Shown: piece after piece, positions 57,363-64,000 of the stretch | Layout of the letters: every line of letters begins with the position of its first letter | Position numbering within the stretch: the first letter of the stretch is position 1 | Origin: Candidatus Omnitrophota bacterium | GTDB lineage: Bacteria; Omnitrophota; Gorgyraeia; Gygaellales; Profunditerraquicolaceae | Length of the DNA stretch: 64,000 nt | Direction: 5' to 3' | Assembly (NCBI GenBank): GCA_035402765.1 | Contig: DAONDX010000003.1 | Location: forward strand, 50,682 to 114,681 | Program-made: the position numbers and the translations under genes | The notes under the pieces: model-generated | What the model was told of the DNA's origin: nothing | The model's database searches: none | The model's input: the letters and a program-made list of their open reading frames with translations, nothing else

Positions 57363-58669
57363 AATCTCTCCACCTTATCCTGGTATTTTCCTTTATAAAC
57401 GTTTCTTGAATCAAAAATAAATTTCGCGTTTTTTAATAAAGCTGCGTAATCTACCTGAGTATGGTCGGTAGCGATAAGACAGCAATCAAATTTCTTAATT
57501 ATTCTAGGGGTCAGCGGCACTGACTCTAAATTTAATCCTCCCCATTTTAAAAAGGGTATCAATGGATCGGAATAGCAAACTTCAACCCCTTGCCTTTTTA
57601 AACTGTTGATTACATCGATACTTGGGGATTTACGCAGATCTTTGATATCTTTTTTATAAGTAACCCCCACCACTAATATTTTCGCATTTGCCAGTTTGCA
57701 GCCAACCCGCTGCAAACCATTTTCTATTCTTTTTACAATATATTCAGGCATGTATTCGATCACATCGGAAGCCAGCTTAATAAAACGTGAATGAAAACCG
57801 AAACTTTTAGCTTTCCAATGCAAATACAAAGGATCCTTCGGGATACAATGGCCTCCTACACCCGGCCCGGGATAAAAAGGCATAAAGCCAAACGGCTTGG
57901 TGCTGGCAGCGCCGACTACTTCCCAAATATCAATTTTCATTTTATGCGCCATCATCGACAGCTCATCAATCAATCCGATATTAATCAGGCGAAAAGTATT
58001 CTCCAGCAATTTTACCGTTTCCGCAGCCCGGCAGCTGCTGACCGGAACCACCTGCTTAAGAATAATCCGGTAAACTGCCATGGCCAGGCGGGTAGCTTGA
58101 GGATTGAGTCCGCCAATAACCTTAGGGATCTTGTGCACGGGGAATTTCTTATTACCCGGATCAATACGTTCAGGTGAAAAACATAAGTAAAAATCTTTAC
58201 CATGCCGGCACCCCTGCCGGTTAAAAATCGGCAGGATTTCTTCTTCAGTTGTCCCGGGATAAGTAGTACTCTCCAAAACTACCAAAGCTCCTTTTTTTAA
58301 ATGCAAAACCACCTGGCCCACCGCGTTCTTAATAAAAGAGATATCCGGCAGATACTTTCTCTTCAAAGGAGTAGGAACGCAGATTAAAACAGCATCCTGC
58401 ATCCGGATATCCTCAAAACTGCCGCTGGCCTTAAAATATCCGCTCTTTAACGCCCTTTTTAATTCCAAGCTGCTTATATCGCTGATATATGATTTACCGC
58501 CGGCAATGGATTTCAGGCGGTCAGCATCAATCTCAATCCCGGTGACTTTTACCTTTTTTTTAGCAAATTCCAAAGCCAAAGGAAAACCCACGTAGCCTAA
58601 GCCGACTACCGCGACTCTAATTTGTCTATTTTTTATTTTTTTGTTTAAATCCGCTAAAATTTTATCCAT
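57359..58669 (-). CDS. UDP-N-acetyl-D-glucosamine/mannosamine 6-dehydrogenase family (WbpO/TviB/WecC-like)
   Basis: 436 aa of the nucleotide-sugar dehydrogenase family, with an N-terminal Rossmann fold VAVVGLGYVGFPLA. Confidence 0.75.
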   Translation of the reverse strand: MDKILADLNKKIKNRQIRVAVVGLGYVGFPLALEFAKKKVKVTGIEIDADRLKSIAGGKSYISDISSLELKRALKSGYFKASGSFEDIRMQDAVLICVPTPLKRKYLPDISFIKNAVGQVVLHLKKGALVVLESTTYPGTTEEEILPIFNRQGCRHGKDFYLCFSPERIDPGNKKFPVHKIPKVIGGLNPQATRLAMAVYRIILKQVVPVSSCRAAETVKLLENTFRLINIGLIDELSMMAHKMKIDIWEVVGAASTKPFGFMPFYPGPGVGGHCIPKDPLYLHWKAKSFGFHSRFIKLASDVIEYMPEYIVKRIENGLQRVGCKLANAKILVVGVTYKKDIKDLRKSPSIDVINSLKRQGVEVCYSDPLIPFLKWGGLNLESVPLTPRIIKKFDCCLIATDHTQVDYAALLKNAKFIFDSRNVYKGKYQDKVERL

Positions 58670-59960
58670 TTCCCGATCCCACTCCGATATAAGTAAAACC
58701 TTGTTTAGTAAGCAGCTTAGAATCGTAGATATTCCTGCCGTCCACGATGAGAGCGCGTTTTAACTTCTTTTTCAATTTCATGAAATCCAACTCTTTAAAT
58801 TCGTTCCATTCAGTAGCCACAATCAGGCAATCGGCTTGGCTAGCTGCCTGATAAGCATCTTTACAAAAAACAACTTTTTTTAAAATCTTCCTGGCTTTCT
58901 CCATAGCTTGCGGGTCATAAACCTTGATTTTGGCTCCCTCTTGGATTAATAGCTCGATCAAATCCAAACTCGGTGAGTTTCTTAAATCATCCGTATCCGG
59001 TTTGAAAGCCAGCCCCAGGACCGCAATCGTTTTACCCCGAATGATCCAGAGAGCATCTTTAATCTTTTTCAAAACAAATACCTTCTGCTCTCGGTTAGTA
59101 TCTCTAACCGCTTTAAGGATCTGAAAATCATAACCTAATTTTTCGGCAATCCCGATAAAAGCATCTAAATCTTTAGGAAAACAAGAACCCCCGTAACCAA
59201 TACCGGCATGCAGGAAATGCCGGCCGATACGATTATCCAGCCCCATACCGCCAGCCACTTCTTTTACATCCGCCCCCACCAAATCACAAATACAAGCCAA
59301 AGCATTAACAAAAGAGATTTTAGCCGCTAAAAAAGCGTTGGAGGCATGTTTGATCAATTCCGCGGATTTTATATTGGTAACCAGGACCGGACGATTCAAA
59401 GGCTGGTATAAATTAGTCATGGTCTGGGTAGCCCTGGTAGTTTCCACCCCCAAGACCACTCGATCAGGATGATTAAAATCATTAATCGCTGAACCTTCCC
59501 GCAAAAATTCCGGATTTGAAACTATATCAAATTTATATTTCTTTTTATTATAAGTTAAAATTGTTTTTTTGATCCAAGCGCAAGTCTCTACCGGTACGGT
59601 TGATTTCTCGACAATCAGCCGGTAGCCATCCATATTCTGGGCAATTTCACGGGCAACATTCTCGATTCCGGTTAAATCCACCTCTCCGTTTTTAAGCGTC
59701 GGAGTTCCGACCGCAATAAAAATTATCTCGCTCTGTCTTACTGCCTCAGGAATACTGGAAGTAAATTTAATTCTTTTATTTTTAAGGTTGTTAGTGATTA
59801 ATTCTTCCAAACCCGGTTCATAAATGGGAAGCACCCCTTTTTTAAGGCCGGCGATCTTTTTTACATCATTATCAGCGCAGATCACCTGATTACCTAGTTC
59901 GGCAAAACAGGCGCCGCTAACCAATCCCACATGACCGGAACCAATAATTGAAATATTCAT
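58662..59960 (-). CDS. ugd: UDP-glucose 6-dehydrogenase
   Basis: 432 aa beginning ISIIGSGHVGLVSG, with a catalytic Cys region GGSCFPKD. Confidence 0.85.
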   Translation of the reverse strand: MNISIIGSGHVGLVSGACFAELGNQVICADNDVKKIAGLKKGVLPIYEPGLEELITNNLKNKRIKFTSSIPEAVRQSEIIFIAVGTPTLKNGEVDLTGIENVAREIAQNMDGYRLIVEKSTVPVETCAWIKKTILTYNKKKYKFDIVSNPEFLREGSAINDFNHPDRVVLGVETTRATQTMTNLYQPLNRPVLVTNIKSAELIKHASNAFLAAKISFVNALACICDLVGADVKEVAGGMGLDNRIGRHFLHAGIGYGGSCFPKDLDAFIGIAEKLGYDFQILKAVRDTNREQKVFVLKKIKDALWIIRGKTIAVLGLAFKPDTDDLRNSPSLDLIELLIQEGAKIKVYDPQAMEKARKILKKVVFCKDAYQAASQADCLIVATEWNEFKELDFMKLKKKLKRALIVDGRNIYDSKLLTKQGFTYIGVGSGNG

Positions 59961-60013
59961 TTAGATTGTACTTTTAGATCTTCCTGTTGATATTACGCAA
60001 GAGAACGTGAATT

Positions 60014-62248
60014 TTATTGCGAACCGGATTTCCCTTCACTCATCTTCTGATCAAAACCGAATTCATTTTCAGGAAAAGCCTTAAGCCGGAAGGTAAAAAA
60101 CACCGTTGTCCCGGAGTCTTCTTTCCTATTCAGAGTAATGTCCAAATCCCAGCAATGCAAATCCCGGGTTAGAGTATATTCTTGTTCCTGAGAGCCCTTA
60201 TCCAAATTGGGAGTTTGTTTAAGATTATACCGCTGGTAAACGCTAAACTTCCATTTCGGACTTAGGCGCCAGTTGAAACCGGCGGTAATTTCATTATAAC
60301 CTTTTCTTTCATAACGCTGTCCGATGGAAAATGAGCGTTCTGGCCCCAAATCGAAGTTTAAACTATAGTTGGCTACTGAAAACTTGTTGTAGTTAGCCAA
60401 GTCATGATTCGAATGCTGGAAAGTTGCTTCCGATTCCAATCTTAACCAAGAATACGGCAACACTTTTAGCCTGAACAAAATATCCGAAAGCTGGCTTTCT
60501 AATTTATTACCGGTATTGGTAAGAATGCTATTCTGATTGATACCGCTTTTAGGATCAAACACGTATTCCGAGGTAATTAAAAAATCTACAAAATCTACGC
60601 TTTGACCGTTACGTTTAGTTTGTAATTTATTCGATAAACTTAAAGCCGCGGTGTTGCCGCGGGTAATTGTATCTACCGCATCAATTTGCCTTAAATTACC
60701 CATCGGAATAGTTGGAGCATGCGTATACAAATACCCCACGCTAGGAGTGATAATATGACGCAGGCCATTGATATCTAATCCCATAAAATTTGTTTTGGCG
60801 TTATAAATACGGTAGAACTTAGTACTCAGATCAACTCCGCCATAAAAAATTGTGCGCACTATCCCGCTTTGACCGTTTGCGCCTTGATCGTAATAAGTCT
60901 GGCGGCTTGCCAGGAAAGGTTTAAACTGTAAAAAAGCTAATTTCATCGGCAAAGAAACCTTATTAGTAGTATCCAAGCGGGTTACCGTAACGTCATCAGC
61001 CGTAACCGGCGCGGTAGCTGCTTTTTTATTATAAACCCCCAGTTGGCTGGAATTTTCAAAATAAAGCGGAGTTTGCCCCACCTGCAGACTGGGTAAACTA
61101 TAATTTATTTCCGGCATTTTATCCAGCTGGTCAAACCAATGGTTAGTCCTTTTCTGAAGAAATATATCCAAACTGGAATAATCAAAACTGTGATGAAATA
61201 ATGCATAGGTCAGCGGCTCAGAATCCTTTTCGTATTCACGGAAAAAATAATCCTGAAAAAGATTGTGGGCTTCAGAATTAGGAGCCGGATAATTTTCATA
61301 CTTTCGGCGGTGATCTGAAATTTTATAAAATTCGGTGATAAAGTTAGTCCGCGGGTCAATATCCCATTTATGACGCCAGCGCAAGAAATAACGCTGAAAC
61401 TCTGTCGGGTCTCCGGGTATGCCGGTAGGTAAATTTTTGGCTTTTTCATCCGTATAGTAAAATTTAAAATCACCCCGGCCCAGCGCAGGCTGCTTATAGT
61501 TTAAATCAAAACCTTCGGCCAGGCCCAGTTTGGTACGGTAATCCAAAAATAATCTCAGATTGGAATTCTCCGTAAGATTATAGCGCCAGGTGCTCAAAAG
61601 GTACGGGCCCCAATCCTTACGCTTACCCGGTTCCACCTGGACATGCATAATCGGATCCTTCATTGAATAATTAAACCGTGGCAGGTAAATTAAAGGTATG
61701 CTCCACAAATAAAGCGTAGTACCTTTAGCCTGAATTTTATCCTGCGGGAACATATTGATCTTTTTGGTAGCAAAACGGTAATGCGGATGATCCAGGCTGC
61801 AGGTGGTAAAATAGCCGTTCTTAGATACAAATTCACTGTCGCTTAATTTTTCGACTTTTTTGGCTTTTCCAAAATAAGGATTGGCGCGAAAATCCGCGTC
61901 GTAAATAACCCCGACTTTATTTGCAAAATCATAAGCGATTTTATCGCCGGTAACAACACCCTTGGCATCTTCAATTTTAGCATTTCCTTCGGCCAGGCCT
62001 TCCTTAGTTTGCATATTAACTTTTAATCTATTGCAGGTAAGTTTAGCGCCTTTATAGATAACTTCAATATTGCCGGTTGCCACAACTTCTTTGCTATCGG
62101 CAGAATATTCTACGTTATCACCGTTTATAATCATCGGCGATTCTTTGGCTGTTTCAGCAAAAACTAAGTTTACCCCAAAGATAAAACCCAAGATGATACC
62201 CAGAGCCAATCTTTTAAACGGTTGGATTTTTTCTGATTTATTTGACAT
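60014..62248 (-). CDS. lptD: LPS-assembly protein LptD (OstA family)
   Basis: 744 aa with a signal peptide, an N-terminal OstA/LptA-like beta-jellyroll, and a large C-terminal beta-barrel rich in aromatic residues. Confidence 0.7.
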   Translation of the reverse strand: MSNKSEKIQPFKRLALGIILGFIFGVNLVFAETAKESPMIINGDNVEYSADSKEVVATGNIEVIYKGAKLTCNRLKVNMQTKEGLAEGNAKIEDAKGVVTGDKIAYDFANKVGVIYDADFRANPYFGKAKKVEKLSDSEFVSKNGYFTTCSLDHPHYRFATKKINMFPQDKIQAKGTTLYLWSIPLIYLPRFNYSMKDPIMHVQVEPGKRKDWGPYLLSTWRYNLTENSNLRLFLDYRTKLGLAEGFDLNYKQPALGRGDFKFYYTDEKAKNLPTGIPGDPTEFQRYFLRWRHKWDIDPRTNFITEFYKISDHRRKYENYPAPNSEAHNLFQDYFFREYEKDSEPLTYALFHHSFDYSSLDIFLQKRTNHWFDQLDKMPEINYSLPSLQVGQTPLYFENSSQLGVYNKKAATAPVTADDVTVTRLDTTNKVSLPMKLAFLQFKPFLASRQTYYDQGANGQSGIVRTIFYGGVDLSTKFYRIYNAKTNFMGLDINGLRHIITPSVGYLYTHAPTIPMGNLRQIDAVDTITRGNTAALSLSNKLQTKRNGQSVDFVDFLITSEYVFDPKSGINQNSILTNTGNKLESQLSDILFRLKVLPYSWLRLESEATFQHSNHDLANYNKFSVANYSLNFDLGPERSFSIGQRYERKGYNEITAGFNWRLSPKWKFSVYQRYNLKQTPNLDKGSQEQEYTLTRDLHCWDLDITLNRKEDSGTTVFFTFRLKAFPENEFGFDQKMSEGKSGSQ

Positions 62249-62897
62249 TATTTCCTTGGGGGATCTTTTTAGAATCTTCCAGAAACTTGTTTATCCCGAT
62301 TTCGGTCAAAGGATGCTTAATTAACTGTTCAATCACCAAATATGGAATAGTGGCAATATCCGCTCCGATCAAAGCAGCATCAACTACATGCATCGGATTA
62401 CGCACGGAAGCAACAATAATTTGAGTGCTAAAATTATAATTAACGTAAATCTTCTTTATATCTCTGATTAAATTCATGCCCTCCTGAGCTATATCATCAA
62501 GCCGGCCGATAAAAGGCGATACATAGGTAGCACCGGCCTTAGCCACCAGTAAAGCCTGGGCAGCGGAAAAACAAAGCGTAACATTGGTTTTAATCCCTTC
62601 TTGCGCCAAAACCTTCACCGCTTTTAACCCTTCTTTGGTAAGCGGGATTTTAACCACAATGTTCTTAGCTATTTTTACCAATTGACGCGCTTCGCCGATC
62701 ATACCCATCGATTCCAGACTGATTACCTCCGCGCTGACCGGACCGGCCACCAATTGGCATATCTCTTCTAGTACCTGTTGAGGACTACGCCCCTCGCGAG
62801 CCATAAGCGAAGGATTAGTAGTCACGCCGTCAATTAACCCTAAACTAGCAGCTTCTTTTATTTCTTTAACATTCGCAGTATCAATGAAAATCTTCAA
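62238..62897 (-). CDS. tal: transaldolase / fructose-6-phosphate aldolase (short-type Tal)
   Basis: 219 aa beginning [16 protein letters not shown]...GVTTNPSL. Confidence 0.85.
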   Translation of the reverse strand: MKIFIDTANVKEIKEAASLGLIDGVTTNPSLMAREGRSPQQVLEEICQLVAGPVSAEVISLESMGMIGEARQLVKIAKNIVVKIPLTKEGLKAVKVLAQEGIKTNVTLCFSAAQALLVAKAGATYVSPFIGRLDDIAQEGMNLIRDIKKIYVNYNFSTQIIVASVRNPMHVVDAALIGADIATIPYLVIEQLIKHPLTEIGINKFLEDSKKIPQGNNVK

Positions 62898-62970
62898 TCC
62901 GCACCTTCTTTCTTCTTAGATTCATTAAATCATTTACTTTTAACAGTTAAATTTACGGAAGGCGCGGATT

Positions 62971-63897
62971 TTATCCTTCAACCGCCCCTTTAATTAAAAT
63001 TCCGGCTCCGATAATCCCGGCATCGACCCCTAATTTGGCGTTAATCACTTTTACTCTTTTTGCCTGCACCCGCATCGCCCGCAAAAGGATTGTCCGCCTG
63101 ATATTTTCCAATAACACCATTCCGGCGCAAGCTACCCCTCCGCCGATTACAACCGCATCAAGGTTAAGCAAATTAACTATACCGCTTAAAGCCAAACCCA
63201 GTTTTTCACCAACCTGCTTCCAAAACTTAATTGCCCTGAGATCATTTTTCCGGGCCAAAGCGCTTACTTCTTCCAGAGTAATCTGCGGCCCAAATATTTT
63301 TCTCGCCTCTTTGATAATTTTATGATTGCCGACATACGCCTCTAAACACCCCTGCGCTCCGCAGCCGCACAAGGGGCCTTTTTCATTAAGCGGAAAATGA
63401 CCGGCTTCGCCGGCGGCGTTATCTAACCCCCGGTAGAGGGAATTATTAATAATTAAACCTCCGCCTACCCCCGTACCCAAAGTCAGACATAGCACATTTT
63501 TTAATTTTTTCGCCGCTCCGAATTCATGCTCGGCTAAAGTCATTAATTTAGCATCATTATCGATCGCCACCGGTAACCCGGTACTTTGCTCTAGAATTTT
63601 TTTAAGTTTTACTTCTTTCCATCCCGGAATATTCGGCAGGAAATGCACAATCCCGGCTAAATTATCCACCGGCCCGGGAAGACCGATACCAACTCCCAAG
63701 ATCGCAGAGGTTTTAAGTTTCTGGCTTAAAATGAAACTCTCAACCGCTTCGATAATTCCCCGGATAAGCTTTTGCTGATTATCAAAACTCTTTGTGCTAA
63801 AAGAGCTTCTGGCTTTAATTTTTAAATTATTATCCAGTAAAGCGCATTTTAAATTAGTCCCGCCTAAATCTATGGCAATGATAAATTTTTTAACCAT
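62971..63897 (-). CDS. glk: ROK family glucokinase
   Basis: 308 aa beginning IAIDLGGTNLKCAL, with the ROK Cys motif CGCGAQGCLE. Confidence 0.8.
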   Translation of the reverse strand: MVKKFIIAIDLGGTNLKCALLDNNLKIKARSSFSTKSFDNQQKLIRGIIEAVESFILSQKLKTSAILGVGIGLPGPVDNLAGIVHFLPNIPGWKEVKLKKILEQSTGLPVAIDNDAKLMTLAEHEFGAAKKLKNVLCLTLGTGVGGGLIINNSLYRGLDNAAGEAGHFPLNEKGPLCGCGAQGCLEAYVGNHKIIKEARKIFGPQITLEEVSALARKNDLRAIKFWKQVGEKLGLALSGIVNLLNLDAVVIGGGVACAGMVLLENIRRTILLRAMRVQAKRVKVINAKLGVDAGIIGAGILIKGAVEG

Positions 63898-64000
63898 GGG
63901 TGGTATTTTATATTAAAATGAATGGATTTTCAAGGAATAATCTTTAAATTTAGGTGGGAGAAAAACACACCTTATTCTTTCCGGTTTCTTTAGCCAGATA

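Noticed and set aside
1-64000. Scan for tmRNA, SRP RNA, riboswitches, transposase/integrase genes and toxin-antitoxin pairs
   Set aside because: None of the diagnostic motifs was found by eye. These were: the tmRNA 5' GGGGCUGAUUCUGGAUUCGACGGG, the SRP AGGUCCGGAAGGAAGCAGC, an M-box upstream of mgtC, and DDE or tyrosine-recombinase ORFs. This is a visual negative only and not conclusive without covariance-model searches.

Overview
This 64 kb window is a chromosomal segment of a diderm bacterium (an LptD homologue is present), and almost everything is encoded on the minus strand. By product similarity it carries the following genes.

Coding genes, in window order: a partial homoserine dehydrogenase at the left edge, a PilZ protein, gpsA, a ThyA-family protein, an orphan response regulator with a PAS histidine kinase, nnr, acpS, pdxJ, cdaA, folP, ftsH, tilS, a plus-strand Wzx-like flippase, a PAS protein and dgkA. 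A Wood-Ljungdahl corrinoid/Fe-S module follows (acsE, acsD, cooC, RACo, acsC), then larB. Next comes an operon of an HTH protein, a bactofilin-HTH fusion and mgtC, followed by tsaD, a YibQ-like deacetylase, ctpA and gatCAB. A 1065-aa plus-strand orphan and a 112-aa hypothetical sit next, then plsY, pgsA-like, lepB, lepA, cmk, tyrA, DAHP synthase, hisC, pheA, scpB, ruvA, ruvC, yebC, rnhA and a COG1579 Zn-ribbon protein. The right end holds a PAS/GGDEF/HD-GYP giant, rpoD, dnaG, a possible Nif3-like protein, cvpA, four nucleotide-sugar enzymes, lptD, a transaldolase and a ROK glucokinase.

RNA genes read directly from the sequence: tRNA-Pro(GGG), tRNA-Gly(TCC), tRNA-Tyr(GTA), tRNA-Thr(TGT), two tRNA-Met/Ile2(CAT) and tRNA-Val(CAC). 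A type-A RNase P RNA (rnpB) lies hidden under a spurious plus-strand ORF.

Three things stand out.
(1) A 17-nt motif containing the near-palindrome GTCTA-GG-TAGAC (the two centre bases are not self-complementary) sits directly upstream of the ribosome-binding sites of the mgtC operon and of yebC. The same motif is iterated four times, alternating with a 7-10 bp hairpin, in a 48-bp tandem array in front of the 112-aa hypothetical gene.
(2) A ~75-nt conserved module is fused to the 3' part (positions 41-73) of the neighbouring tRNA at two loci. At tRNA-Thr it occurs as two perfect 143-bp tandem units; at the tRNA-Met near 46.8 kb it occurs once. A related long hairpin module accompanies both. 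Separately, 5' tRNA fragments covering positions 1-35 lie upstream of tRNA-Gly and the tRNA-Met near 15.3 kb. All junctions fall in or next to the anticodon loop, the pattern left by integrase-type site-specific recombination.
(3) A bactofilin fused to an excisionase-type HTH is co-transcribed with a membrane-anchored HTH protein, mgtC and larB.

No CRISPR array, transposase or integrase gene was recognised in the window. All coordinates for RNA features and motifs were counted by hand and may be off by a few nucleotides.
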